A stretch of 64,000 bases of DNA from an uncultured virus (IMG/VR IMGVR_UViG_2690315925_000005) (taxonomy: Duplodnaviria; Heunggongvirae; Uroviricota; Caudoviricetes), in IMG/VR virus record IMGVR_UViG_2690315925_000005; one strand, given 5' to 3'. Made by a program: the position numbers and the translations under genes. Position 1 is the first letter of the stretch. Each line of letters opens with the position of its first letter. Below, piece after piece: positions 11,201 to 20,119 of the stretch. Below the pieces are notes generated by a model. The model was not told the origin of the DNA and ran no database searches. It worked only from the letters and a program-made list of their open reading frames with translations.

Positions 11201-13171
11201 CCTCAGCGGGTGCTGCGCCGGCGATGCCGGGCCTGCGGCCTCACTCCCAACCGAGCCGTCGGCATCCGTGGGCGGCTCGGTGAGGCCGCGTCGGCGCTCG
11301 CCCTTGACCTCGTCCAGCAGCGGGCGCACGCGGGCGCTGGGCAGGCCGTACTGGTCACGCATGGTGCGCAGCAGAGTCGGCGTGTTGATGCCTCCATGCG
11401 CCTCCACCTGGTACTGCAGACCGTTGTGCAGCAGTTGCTTGATGTCCGTCGAAGTCGGCTCGCGCAGGGCTTCGCCGGTCTGTGCATCGACCCACGGTGG
11501 CGCGGCTGGGGGCGGCAGCGGCGGTGCCGACGCCGCCGGCACTTCGGGAGTAGCCAGGCCTGCCTGGTCGCCCTGGACTTGCGGAGGCACGGGCTCGGCG
11601 ATTGCCGCGGCAGCCGGTGCGATGGCAGTAGGTTCGTTGAGCCGCCGAGCCTGGGACACCAGGTTGGCGATACCTGCGATCGAGCTGGGCGCGGCGTCGG
11701 GGAAAGGCACTGTCGGCTGCGGGCGGGCAGCAACCCGGCGCCCATCGAAGGGCGCGGACATGCCGCGGCCCTGCGGGAACCGCATTTCGGGTTCAGCCAT
11801 CACCTCCGGCCGGACACCACCGCGCGTGATGGTCCCATCCGGCGCCGCGGTCATCACTTCGGGCGGCGGGAGCGCGAGCATCTGTGGGATCGGGGGCGGC
11901 GGCAGCGATGGCGGCGTGGGAGCCGGCCTACGTGCCAAGCGCTCGCGCTCTGCATCGGCCTGCACAGCGGCCTGATTGTCGCCACGACTCGCGATGGCAC
12001 CGCCGGCGGCCATTCCGCCGCCCAGCAAGCCGCCGATCGCCGCGCCGGTACCCGCGGCCTCGGGCACGCCCTCCCATGCCGCCTGGGTCGGGTCGACCTG
12101 CCGCTGACCGAGATTGCCGGCCAACTGCGACCCGCCTTCCTGGAGGCCTTCTTCGACAGTCTCGCGCGCGGCACCGGCCAGCATCGCCTTCGGCTTGCGT
12201 GCCAGACCGCGGGTGAAGACGTCAGCCTCGAACGGCGCCGCGATGCGGCCGGCAATCGCAGCGATTGGTGCCGTAATGGCTTGCGCTTCCATCGACGCGC
12301 CACGCGCGATCGTTTCCTTCACTGTTTGCGGGTCGCCGCCGGCGGCAACCATGCGCTTGTACTCCGGATTCGCGTCCCACACCGATTGCGGCTGTGCCAT
12401 TGCCTGCTGGTACGTCTGCTGGCCTGCCGAACCGGTCTCCATCACCGTCGTCATGCCAGTGGCAGCGGCGGTCGCTGCCCGGTGTCCAGCGGCAGTCGCA
12501 GCCATTTCCGCGGCCTCGGTACCGAGGCCCTTGGCCAGCGCCCCGGCCATGGCCCGCTCGCCTGCCTGAGCCGCTGCAGCGCGCGTGCCAGCGCCCATCG
12601 TGGCGATGTTGGGCACCTGCTCGGCAAGGAAGTTTCCGATCAGCCGCGGCGAGGACAGCACCTTGCCAGCGCTGGCGAAGAAGCCCTTGGTGTCCTGCAG
12701 CTCCTGCTTTTCCTGCTTGAGCGCGTCCGACTGGCTCTCCCCGAGGTAGTCGGTTGCCATCTGCGTCGCCTTGGAGAGGCCAGCGCTGTCGGACCCAGCA
12801 CGACGTCCACCCAAGATTTCCGACGGCGTACCCGGCACCAGAGCGGCCGTCTCCGACGCCCCCTTTACGCCCAAGCGATCCAAGCCGCGCAGGCCCTGCC
12901 GCACCAGGTTCGTCGGCTCCAGAGAGTTTCGTTGCTCGATGGCGCCACCAATGATGTTCGCAGCGCCGGTGGCGATGCCGAGACCGGTGTCCTTGATGGC
13001 CTCGCCCCAGGTACGTTCAGGGCGCTTGGCCACCTTCTGGAAAGGGTCTCCCTGGACAGGTGAAAGCGTCGGACGGCGCGCGATCTTATTGGTGCCTGCC
13101 GGTGCTGGTGCCTGAGTCGGCGCCTGGCCTGCGCCGAAAGGATTCCCATCGACCTTCTCGAACGTTGCCAT
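5246..13171 (-). CDS. Giant polyvalent internal virion protein (InPase-like, PRTase, zincin HExxH and PLxRFG domains)
   Basis: 2641 aa; ISIENPAGSQR..HYGYFKGTVGKDKDHVDVF; VLIDDTLTQGGTL; LAHEAIGH; YFPLQRFG. Confidence 0.88.
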   Translation of the reverse strand: MATFEKVDGNPFGAGQAPTQAPAPAGTNKIARRPTLSPVQGDPFQKVAKRPERTWGEAIKDTGLGIATGAANIIGGAIEQRNSLEPTNLVRQGLRGLDRLGVKGASETAALVPGTPSEILGGRRAGSDSAGLSKATQMATDYLGESQSDALKQEKQELQDTKGFFASAGKVLSSPRLIGNFLAEQVPNIATMGAGTRAAAAQAGERAMAGALAKGLGTEAAEMAATAAGHRAATAAATGMTTVMETGSAGQQTYQQAMAQPQSVWDANPEYKRMVAAGGDPQTVKETIARGASMEAQAITAPIAAIAGRIAAPFEADVFTRGLARKPKAMLAGAARETVEEGLQEGGSQLAGNLGQRQVDPTQAAWEGVPEAAGTGAAIGGLLGGGMAAGGAIASRGDNQAAVQADAERERLARRPAPTPPSLPPPPIPQMLALPPPEVMTAAPDGTITRGGVRPEVMAEPEMRFPQGRGMSAPFDGRRVAARPQPTVPFPDAAPSSIAGIANLVSQARRLNEPTAIAPAAAAIAEPVPPQVQGDQAGLATPEVPAASAPPLPPPAAPPWVDAQTGEALREPTSTDIKQLLHNGLQYQVEAHGGINTPTLLRTMRDQYGLPSARVRPLLDEVKGERRRGLTEPPTDADGSVGSEAAGPASPAQHPLREAAPVADLQLDDAAPADRSASAPLASGLQLAPNDAPLQSGTGVSGEPVSEPGAVGTTEAPSLAETAPAQPLAEATPAQDSAAVPADAPKVATAAAEAATNPVNDLPLPSDAQKQAGNYKKGHVRINGHDISIENPAGSQRDPRWPALKNHYGYFKGTVGKDKDHVDVFMTDRAEDPALPVYVVDQVNKDGSFDEHKVIMGTASEQEARDTYLANYSKGWTGLGGIKEMSQEQFKSWVRDPKKTTRRVTRSKPAEAVPAPQAVPNAGETGQSVSAPVESAGVPTETGSVPATGGSEPAAAAAPAADEPGPVYTPKVRIKAGSPEYVRDDIGTLGAYFRPGRIVNAYGNTRDRVIEFRPPGKDPRWQVKVQMVDKEGNALPDEVPRWHSTVPAPRDLDSVLGKPERKARRDAKTAKAAVVKRDAKAKPASNSETSKSVPGEAGRQGGDSAAADSAAGSSDPLFSRRGWEANFPDVVTAHRPGRLSAHADYDAAKAGDDAAALRVARDVVTPEFVEDVRAVLPEGSKPLVVAVQSQEATGNNRIPRMAAEVLAQRLGLQVSEDIVQAAKVNRSAGDALHRLANQPPFTGKVEKGRDYVLIDDTLTQGGTLAQLKTHIEDNGGKVVLATALTGKDYSRKIALNSQSLADVRERFGSIEPWWRDQFGYGFEGLTESEARTILTLDKGRVDADALRDRVAEGRVSGLRPVGEGAAGEGSGAEAPGPAGRVNRSAAPAAPAAGSGLDFDRALQLKADLTQHWGENAPSVVVVRSAEDFPASAKVDPGYRRAEGVYDGRPTVWINAGNIATEQRFAQVLAHEAIGHYGVESVVGAKDWTQIVDAIDKLAADGTGTAALKSVLADVTRRYGTVDRETFAKEAIAVMAERGIRNSFTSRVASAVRRFLRRVMPSLKWSETEVRDLLSQADGFLRAGMSAQAQREMVRSYSFAQPQIDARGEAFLEQNGGRFLRRDDQWYLADERGRPADFLTLGAARAEAERTGGQVLADPVERGPRTWSVVLPNGAEVTRAARGRLFSMPPADALADIDAIQQGVEGEEVLARARQNLEGLSPSKVKDTLRPTWLGALATRHLTELGRDYFPTIDRYSDYLAEMQADRNKLQAEADTIAEAARQWASKNKAESRRLFDLMHQATMDGVDPSREYQALQFRMPGEKGLQEVNRKNVLHAIKVKQQQMRERSGDTKTNIMNEVKALKAMLKAEPRRRRQYAPLVEQWSQLSPEAKSFYLQFRDAYRARSEAVEEALVQRIEDLKGSDLVGGQVLSDSSRRMLVIKIREQFESARLQGVYFPLQRFGKFFVAAEKDGTNTFLMFESLNELDRAVKDLERREWAITARGQKMEGKATDAPSGTFVADVIDQLRTSHVSDAVQDQVYQLYLQTMPELSMRKHQIHRKSVPGFDPDAVRAFAYNMQHGSHQLARLRYAHKLQGVLIDLKEAQKEIQASPSVDTRKIVAGDALLEELGKRHEWIMNPTDSALTNLISSFGFTYYLGATPAAALVNVTQTALVSYPYLAARHGGVKAMNYLLAASRDAVRTVGNIQKTLTDPDELRAYQALEVAGAIEKTQAHNLAGIAEGGMTGYNPAWSKAMEIIGWGFHKTEVINREATGMAAYRLARADGKSFDEAVKFARDAIFDTHFDYSNANRARFMQSGTAKVLLMFRQYSLNMTWALGRMVWQATKGQDPQVRQVARRNLTGLLGMSALFSGAMGLPMMGMIMGALNGIQATFGDDDEPWDAETELRAFLTGMLGQSGADLLLHGPADKLTGANISGRVGLDSLWIRDADRELDGRGMFNNLLEQAAGPMGGVLKNVLVGKQQVDEGHIMRGVETMLPKGLKDMIKAGRYATQGVNTLRGDPVVADLSPWEILLQANGFAPEKVSRQYETTRALKNYEQHILDRRKSLVNAFAMALRNGDASDRASVLSKIGAFNKANPELAITSSGLQQSIKNRARYSARAEAGVILNPKLAARLNKAVTE

Positions 13172-14667
13172 CAGAGATTCACCTTCGAGTAGCTTCCATC
13201 GTTGTTCTGCACGTACCAGTTGCCATCGGGTGCCCTACGCGCACCGGTCACCGGCGGGGCTTCTTGTGGGCGCAGGCCGGCATAGAGCGGATCCGCATCG
13301 AGCTGGGCCAGAGCGGCGGTCTTCGCGGCTTCGTCCATCGTGACGTTCCCGGAAATGGCGTTGAATCGTTCGGTGTAGGACTTCAGGCGGTCGGCATCGG
13401 TGAGTTCGCCCGTCTGGCGCGGCGCCTGGGCCGCCCGCACGTTCTGTCCGTCGGCAGCAGTCACGGGGCGCCAGCCGCCGTCACTGCCCACAACCCCCAT
13501 GCTTCCATCCGCCGCAATCGAGATCTCAGGCCGTCGGGCGATGCGGGCCGTCTCCAGCGACGCCTGGCGATTGGCGGCGTTGTCCTGCATCTGCGCATTG
13601 AACTGGCCTGCCTGCAGCGCGCGGTTCGCGTCGCCCTGGGCAGCGACGGCGTTGACCTGACCGGCAGCAAGATCGGCTTCGTCCTGCGTGCGGAGCGCAG
13701 ATGCGCGCTCTGCCTGGCGCGCGCCGGCCTCGCCCAAGATCGCTTGCGCTACCGCGGCGCGACCACTCGGGCTGCCCTTCAGGCTGGCGCTGCCCATTGC
13801 GCGCGTGAGCTTGTCCACCGTGGTGTCGGCCGGATTCTCGATGATCCCGCCCTGACGTCCGCGCTGCGCAATCTGCGGAGTGGGCCGCGGAGCCACCACT
13901 GCCGGCGTTGCCGGCGCGGCAGCAAGGGGCGACACCAGGGGAGCCAGGGAGCCACTTGCCGGAGCGGCTGAGGCCGCCCCGCCGGCGGCTGCGATGGTGG
14001 CAGCGGACCCGGTGAACACCGAATTGCCGTTGGCATCTACGGTGCGGGTAACGCCCGCCGGCAACGCGGCGGTGCGGCCGTCCTGGGTCATGTAGGTGCT
14101 CGGCGCCGCTGCGGTGGTTGCCGCAGCCCGGGGAGCTACAGCACCTGCCGCACCCGCAAGTGGCGCTGTGGAGCTCACGCTGGAACTGACACCGGTGAAG
14201 TCCGCCCCGATCGACGGTCGCCCGGCCAGCCGGGAACCGCTGAGGGGCGCGGTCGAATCGACGCTGGCCGAGACCCCAGAGAAAGTGGGCTTAGGCCTCG
14301 GGGCTGACGGGAGGCGCAGTGGCGACAAGCGGCTCAGCGCTGCGGTGGCGCCGCCGACGGGATCCAGCTGGGTCGGCGCACGCAGTGGTTGCCCCTGCTC
14401 CGATGATGGTGCTGCACCCGCAACGGCCCTGCCGGCATCCCGTACGAACCCGCCGGCCTCACGCCCTGGCGCCGTGACGGCGTCGGCCACGGTGCCAGCA
14501 GCGCGCAAACCAGCGCCTGCGGCCCGCCGTGCCAACGCAGCGCCGCCGGCTACGCCGCTGCGTAGCGCGGAGCCGGCCGCTGTGCCGGCACTCGGCCTGG
14601 GCGCAATGCGGAGCTGCCCGGGGGCGACGCCGACGGGATTCAGTTCGTCTCGATCATTGATGGCCAT
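13171..14667 (-). CDS. Ala-rich putative internal virion/ejection protein
   Basis: Stop overlaps start of the giant protein; low-complexity composition. Confidence 0.65.
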   Translation of the reverse strand: MAINDRDELNPVGVAPGQLRIAPRPSAGTAAGSALRSGVAGGAALARRAAGAGLRAAGTVADAVTAPGREAGGFVRDAGRAVAGAAPSSEQGQPLRAPTQLDPVGGATAALSRLSPLRLPSAPRPKPTFSGVSASVDSTAPLSGSRLAGRPSIGADFTGVSSSVSSTAPLAGAAGAVAPRAAATTAAAPSTYMTQDGRTAALPAGVTRTVDANGNSVFTGSAATIAAAGGAASAAPASGSLAPLVSPLAAAPATPAVVAPRPTPQIAQRGRQGGIIENPADTTVDKLTRAMGSASLKGSPSGRAAVAQAILGEAGARQAERASALRTQDEADLAAGQVNAVAAQGDANRALQAGQFNAQMQDNAANRQASLETARIARRPEISIAADGSMGVVGSDGGWRPVTAADGQNVRAAQAPRQTGELTDADRLKSYTERFNAISGNVTMDEAAKTAALAQLDADPLYAGLRPQEAPPVTGARRAPDGNWYVQNNDGSYSKVNL

Positions 14668-14695
14668 GAGGTTCCCCTTTTGTGGTTGAGGCTGA

Positions 14696-16585
14696 TCACG
14701 CGTCCGCGATCTCGCCCTGGAAGCTGAAGTTCTGAGAACAGGAACTGGATTTACTGCGGCCACTGGAGACAGACGCGCCGTAGTTGACGGCGCTCATCGT
14801 GCTGGCAGCCAACTGGCTCGAGATCTGCGCCTTCGCGCGCTGGATCTCGCCCGACTGGGACAGCAAGCCGAGCATCTGCTGGATCCGCATCTGCGCGTGC
14901 TGCAGCTGGGCCTCGACCGAGGCTCGCTCTCGCGCGAGGCCGAGCTCGAAACTGCGGTCGGCAGCCGCGGACGCCACTTGCTCCACGCCGGCATCGGCGC
15001 TGTAGATGCGAGCCTTCGCATCGAAGGCTTGGCCCACGGCTGCCAGGCGAGCACGTTCACCGCTCAGTGTGGCGTCCCAGCGGGCGATGCCGGCGCGCCA
15101 GACGTCCAGGTTCACACCGTGCTGCGCCATGCGAAGGCGCTCCGCCTCGAACTGCATGTTGTTGCTCGCCGCCCAGGCATCGACGCGCTTGGCATTGGCA
15201 TCGACCAAAGTGCGATACAGGTCCGCCCGCTTTCCCTCCCCCTCTACGCTTGCTGTGTAGCCTTGCCATTCGGCGACGTGGGCACGCCAGCGCGCCTCGT
15301 AGGCGTCGACCTGGGCGCGGTACTTGTCGATGCCGAACCGATTGATGTCGGCTTGCACCTTCACCGCCTCCACACGGGTGCGGTAGAAGTCGGCCAGGGT
15401 GGTCACGCCACGAAGCTGGGACTCATACAGGCGCACCCGCTGCTCGTTGATTTCACCCCGAGCGCGTTCGCCTTCGATCTGGGCGCGGAACACCTCGACC
15501 TTGGCCAGCTCTGCCTGGATGCGGTCCCGCAGCACCTGGGCATCGGTCTGGTAGGCCTGCAGGCGCGCGTTGAAGACCGAGATCCTGGCATTCAGCACTG
15601 CGATGACGGTCTCGCGTTGGAAAGTCGCAGCCTGCAGCAGCACCTTCTGCTCTTCGGTGTGCAGCTGCGCCAGCGTCCCCTCGAGGGCGGCGCCCTGGGC
15701 GATGGCCATGCGCTGGTTGGCCAGCGATTCCTCGAACTGCTTAATCGCAGTATCCCGGGAAGCTTCGGCAACGGCGCTTTGGCCGGTCTGGCGGATCTCC
15801 AGGACCCGGCCGGCAAGCATGCCCTGGGGCTCAGCAAAGCCCCGGGCACCAAATTCTGCGACCGCCTGCTCAACGTTCCGATGTGTCTCGAGCTCGATGC
15901 GGCTGCGAGCCCGCTGGAAGATGGCGTCCTCAATGATCTTGGGCAGTGCCTGGCTACCAACGATCATGGGCTTGAGCGTCGAGGTCAGCGTGTCGACCAA
16001 CGTGCTGACGTACGGTGTCGCCTCGAACTGCCAGGTGTCGTTGAATGGCGGCTCGATGAAAATCGGCTTCTCGGCGTCGAACTCTGGCAGGGAGATGTTC
16101 GGCACCGCCGGCAGGTTCAACGCCTCAAACGTCGGTACCTGCGGCAATACATAGGTCGGTTCCAGCGGTAGCACGATCTCCGCCGGGTCGATCGGGAGCG
16201 TCGGCTCCACGACATTGGGTGTGGTCGGCTTGGCGCCGAACGCCAACGTCGGTGTTTGAGCATCGAGCTCAGGTGCTTCGCTGATCCAGATCGGCGCGGC
16301 CGCAAATCCCGGCGCACTAGGCAGCGGAACATCGGGAGCGCGAAACTCCAATGCCCCGTCGTCCAGGTCCGGACGCCGTGGCCGCTGGAACGTGGCCTGG
16401 GGATCAGCGAAGCGAAAGTCGACATTGAAGTCGACCGGGTCCAGGCGAACACTGTTGAGACCGTCGAGGTTGGAAATCGCCAAACTGTACGTTTGGGCCC
16501 CCAACTCCATGAACTTGTCGTGGGCGCTGCCCACGAGTGTGACCGCGGCATCCGCCGACAGGTCAGGACACCAGGTCGAAGCCAT
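14696..16585 (-). CDS. Coiled-coil putative virion protein
   Basis: 629 aa in late operon, long helical C-terminal half. Confidence 0.7.
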   Translation of the reverse strand: MASTWCPDLSADAAVTLVGSAHDKFMELGAQTYSLAISNLDGLNSVRLDPVDFNVDFRFADPQATFQRPRRPDLDDGALEFRAPDVPLPSAPGFAAAPIWISEAPELDAQTPTLAFGAKPTTPNVVEPTLPIDPAEIVLPLEPTYVLPQVPTFEALNLPAVPNISLPEFDAEKPIFIEPPFNDTWQFEATPYVSTLVDTLTSTLKPMIVGSQALPKIIEDAIFQRARSRIELETHRNVEQAVAEFGARGFAEPQGMLAGRVLEIRQTGQSAVAEASRDTAIKQFEESLANQRMAIAQGAALEGTLAQLHTEEQKVLLQAATFQRETVIAVLNARISVFNARLQAYQTDAQVLRDRIQAELAKVEVFRAQIEGERARGEINEQRVRLYESQLRGVTTLADFYRTRVEAVKVQADINRFGIDKYRAQVDAYEARWRAHVAEWQGYTASVEGEGKRADLYRTLVDANAKRVDAWAASNNMQFEAERLRMAQHGVNLDVWRAGIARWDATLSGERARLAAVGQAFDAKARIYSADAGVEQVASAAADRSFELGLARERASVEAQLQHAQMRIQQMLGLLSQSGEIQRAKAQISSQLAASTMSAVNYGASVSSGRSKSSSCSQNFSFQGEIADA

Positions 16586-16598
16586 ATTTCTTCTCCAA

Positions 16599-16931
16599 TC
16601 AAGACCACTGCAGCAAGATGAAGACGTTCCATTGATTGCCGCCTTGGACCACTATGCCCGGCGTGGCATCAACGGGTACGTACCCATCCAGGAGGTACCG
16701 GCCTTCCGCTTCGAAAACCATCGGAATGACAGCGGGCCCGTCCGGAAGGTCGATCCTTAGCTCGAAGTCGATGCCGTACTCAAAGCCTGCGGCGCCATTG
16801 AAGAACTCCGGATTCCTCCACGGATATGCGTATCCGTTGGTGACCAGAAGCTGGTATTCCTCGGGCTCCGGATCATCACCGCATTGCTGCACCACACCAC
16901 TGAGCTCGCGCCAAAAACAAGGCCCCGCCAT
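16599..16931 (-). CDS. Phage hypothetical protein
   Basis: 110 aa, fits late operon spacing. Confidence 0.6.
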   Translation of the reverse strand: MAGPCFWRELSGVVQQCGDDPEPEEYQLLVTNGYAYPWRNPEFFNGAAGFEYGIDFELRIDLPDGPAVIPMVFEAEGRYLLDGYVPVDATPGIVVQGGNQWNVFILLQWS

Positions 16932-16933
16932 AC

Positions 16934-18415
16934 CTACCCCCTTGTACGTCGTTCGAGATAGACCTGCCGGAACTCGATCGCCGCCAGATCAAAGTCGGCT
17001 CCATCCACGTTCTCGATGATGAAGTCGAAGTCCACTGCCTTGATTCCCTTGCCCAGCTTCCAGCGCGTCTCGCGCGTGCTTGTCGCCGGTCGCTCCAGAA
17101 TCTTGTATATGGCGGCTTCCTTATGGCCAGATTCCTCGTTCACCGTGATCACATGCAGCAGTAAGGTGCCGGTGCTGGTGTACCCGACGAACGCCTCTGG
17201 CACCCGCTTCAGCCGGCGCGTCCCAAGCGCGGAAAGCCCGAGCCTGATGCGTGCGGCGATCGGCTGGCCATCGTCGTCATCGCCGTCAAGTCGGTGAAGT
17301 CCGTCGCTCGCCGCACCGTAGTATCGGTTGCCGATCTTGGCGAAGCTGTTGAACGGATACTCCGTGTACCGCGACAGACCGCGGCTCTCGGTGTTCAGAA
17401 CCCATGCAATGTACTCACCCGTGTCCAGTGCCAAGCGCGTGACGAACCCCAGCCCGTCGCCCAGACGCTGCAGGGCCTCGGCACTATTCACTTCACCGGC
17501 CCTCGCCAGCGCGCGCTCATTGACCAGTACGACGCCGGTACCCGATCCGAAGGCGTCTGCGTTGATCAGCAGCGCTTCTGCGAGACGGTCCGCCGCACGC
17601 TGCAGGCTCCCAACCACCTCCGAAGCGACCAGGCTATCGGCGACACGCTCGGACTTGAGGACTTCGGTCAAAGCACCAAACCACAAGCCGCCGGCAATCG
17701 CATTGACCGCGTCCGCATAGGACCGGCACGCACCCAGCAGCAGAAGCCTGTCTAGAACTCGCTCCAGCTTTGAGACCGTCGCCTGCGGCGCCGGCGCGAA
17801 CACGACACCCTCCTCCACCAGGAGCTGGTAGACGATCGCGACAGTGTCCTCCAGGCTCAACACATCAGCGGCAGCGCCGTTGCCTGACTGGGTGCTTCGC
17901 CGCCCAGCTGCGACGGCCAAGGCCTCGCCCAGCACGTGGGTCGGCAATGTCGACTCCGACTGTCCCATGTCCAACGCAGCCCGTGGGCTCACAAACCACA
18001 ACCCACCGAAGGACGACACCATGCGAGGAATGGCCTCGAGCCCCGCATAGGCCATGGGCTCTGTGAGCTGGCGTCCACGCGCGTGGATCGCAAGCCTCGC
18101 CGCACCACCACCATGACCAGGGGCGGTCTGGAAGCCAGCCGCTACGACCAGGACCGATGCACCTCCCTCCCCGACCAGGTGTAGCGATGCCACCCCATCC
18201 GTGCTGAGCTGCAGAGCCGCAGCACCGTGCGCTGGCACAACGGGATCCACACCGCCGCCGAATCGAACCTGCGCGACGCCAGCGCCGCGAAGCCTCAGCA
18301 CGGCGGCGCCGCTGCCAGCAAGTCCACGGCCAGCACCTCGCGCTCGGACTACCAGCGCGCAGCTGGCGCTTCCCTCAATCGAAACGGCGTCAAGGGGAAC
18401 GAACTCAATGGTCAT
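16934..18415 (-). CDS. Putative tail/virion protein
   Basis: Start MTIEFVP overlaps upstream stop (ATGA). Confidence 0.7.
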   Translation of the reverse strand: MTIEFVPLDAVSIEGSASCALVVRARGAGRGLAGSGAAVLRLRGAGVAQVRFGGGVDPVVPAHGAAALQLSTDGVASLHLVGEGGASVLVVAAGFQTAPGHGGGAARLAIHARGRQLTEPMAYAGLEAIPRMVSSFGGLWFVSPRAALDMGQSESTLPTHVLGEALAVAAGRRSTQSGNGAAADVLSLEDTVAIVYQLLVEEGVVFAPAPQATVSKLERVLDRLLLLGACRSYADAVNAIAGGLWFGALTEVLKSERVADSLVASEVVGSLQRAADRLAEALLINADAFGSGTGVVLVNERALARAGEVNSAEALQRLGDGLGFVTRLALDTGEYIAWVLNTESRGLSRYTEYPFNSFAKIGNRYYGAASDGLHRLDGDDDDGQPIAARIRLGLSALGTRRLKRVPEAFVGYTSTGTLLLHVITVNEESGHKEAAIYKILERPATSTRETRWKLGKGIKAVDFDFIIENVDGADFDLAAIEFRQVYLERRTRG

Positions 18416-19149
18416 TCGATGACGTCTCCGGTGGCAAACATGGCGCAGCCGACCAGCAGCGGACCTTCGCTCAGGTGCAGCGAACGGTAGAAGCGATCGC
18501 CGTTGCAGACGTACTCGACAACGCCCCCCACCCGGCGGACCTGCCAGACATCCTCCGCACTGTAGGTTCGAACTTCGCTGACCCTTGCCCCAGACTCGAT
18601 CGCACAGACCTGCATCAAGCCGCCGGGGCTCTGGTGGAAGTAGAGCCCATGAAGAATGGCTGCAGGATCCTCCAGCCTGTCCCGATCGGTGCACAGCCCC
18701 ACCACAACCCCAACCACCCGACTCATTGTCAGCTTCATAACCAGATCACCATCGAGCTCGGCGTCACTCCGAGCTCCGGCGTCCCACGCGAACACGCTCG
18801 CATACTCGAAGCGGCCAGGAACTCGAGGCGATGCGGGCCGTGCCTTCTGCTCCGGATAGCTGGTGCACGTGATAGGCCCTGGCGGTGCCGTCTGGACGAA
18901 CACGCTGCGACAAACCTGGTAACGCACGTAGCTGGTGCCACCGGACTGCTCGTAGCCCAGGATCGTCGCGTTCTGCGGCAACTGCACTGCGCCATTGTTC
19001 GGGACAGCCATCGTCCCTTCGCTGCATGACTGCCGCCAGTAGCCCTTCGCGGGCTCCCCGCCGCAAAACGTATAGGCCGCACTGTACGGCTGTGCTTCAC
19101 GCGCAGGCTGCGGGGGAATGAATCTTGCGGTCGGCGGCTTCGACAACAT
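18412..19149 (-). CDS. Putative virion protein
   Basis: Start MLSKPP abuts upstream stop. Confidence 0.65.
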   Translation of the reverse strand: MLSKPPTARFIPPQPAREAQPYSAAYTFCGGEPAKGYWRQSCSEGTMAVPNNGAVQLPQNATILGYEQSGGTSYVRYQVCRSVFVQTAPPGPITCTSYPEQKARPASPRVPGRFEYASVFAWDAGARSDAELDGDLVMKLTMSRVVGVVVGLCTDRDRLEDPAAILHGLYFHQSPGGLMQVCAIESGARVSEVRTYSAEDVWQVRRVGGVVEYVCNGDRFYRSLHLSEGPLLVGCAMFATGDVIE

Positions 19150-19150
19150 G

Positions 19151-19621
19151 TCAGCTGGCCTGATCGGCGACCACGTTGAAGATGCTGATGCCGGTGCTGT
19201 TGGTGCCATTGGCAACGACGGTATCGGAGCTGAAGAGCACGGCCGCATTCGATGCAGGCCCACCGGCGGTGCCTTGCAGGCGGATGCCAGTGGTTGCCCC
19301 TCTTCCATCATCACCAGCCGCACAGAAGCGATAGAAGGACGGCGAAAGGTTCGGTGCGGCAGCATTGGCGCCGTCGAAGGCGATCAGGCCCTGCCAGTCT
19401 TCCGACGGGTTCTTCGGCAGAACGTTCCCCACTGGAGCCGCAAAGGTCAGCCCTTGGCCCGCGACCTCAAGCTTGGCGACCTGGGTATGTGCGCCGGCCA
19501 TGTCCAGGGCAGTATCGGCTGTTGCCGGAACCGGCCCGGCATAGATGTAGATGAAGCCACCATCGAGGGCGCCTTTGACTTGCTGCAGCAGCGCCTGAGC
19601 AAGGGGAATCGAGATCGTCAT
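19151..19621 (-). CDS. Putative virion protein (paralog-like to 19638-20111)
   Basis: IYIYAGPVPATADTA versus IEIRSGIQPARADLP in the neighbour; AGGA SD. Confidence 0.7.
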   Translation of the reverse strand: MTISIPLAQALLQQVKGALDGGFIYIYAGPVPATADTALDMAGAHTQVAKLEVAGQGLTFAAPVGNVLPKNPSEDWQGLIAFDGANAAAPNLSPSFYRFCAAGDDGRGATTGIRLQGTAGGPASNAAVLFSSDTVVANGTNSTGISIFNVVADQAS

Positions 19622-19637
19622 GGTTCGTGGTCCTGGT

Positions 19638-20111
19638 TCAGAGGGGGGGAATCGCGTACCACCAGTCACCCAGTTCGATGCTGGTGTCGGGGGTAACAGC
19701 AAGGGTCGGAAGCCGCATCTGGAAGTCGCCAGCGGACCCGTCATCCAGTCCGATTGCTCCGTCGATGCGCGGGGCGGTGAAAGAGATCTGCCCGAGGTCA
19801 GGCTCGTTGCCCACAAGCCGGAACCACCCGGCCAGGCCGTTCGCGACGCCTCGCAAAAGCCAGCGTTGCACTGGATCCTTGTAGACATAGCGACCGTTGC
19901 GGACGAAATGCAGGCCGTTGGCCGTCCCGCCCGCCTGCCACGGTCCGCCGTCGCGAGTAATGCGCGCCAGGAGCTGTCCCGTAGGCGGCAGGTCTGCACG
20001 CGCGGGCTGGATCCCCGAGCGAATCTCGATGCAGCCGTTCCGGAAGATCCCGTCGAACGAGGTGGGCCCGAGCAGCAGCGTTTCGAACCCGGTGGAAGTG
20101 ATGACCGCCAT
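19638..20111 (-). CDS. Putative virion protein
   Basis: 157 aa, AGGAG SD. Confidence 0.7.
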   Translation of the reverse strand: MAVITSTGFETLLLGPTSFDGIFRNGCIEIRSGIQPARADLPPTGQLLARITRDGGPWQAGGTANGLHFVRNGRYVYKDPVQRWLLRGVANGLAGWFRLVGNEPDLGQISFTAPRIDGAIGLDDGSAGDFQMRLPTLAVTPDTSIELGDWWYAIPPL

Positions 20112-20119
20112 TGAGGCTC

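Noticed and set aside
9362..13063. 1233-aa plus-strand ORF
   Set aside because: Antisense shadow of the giant GC-rich gene; Arg/Gly-rich, no motifs, no coupling to neighbours.
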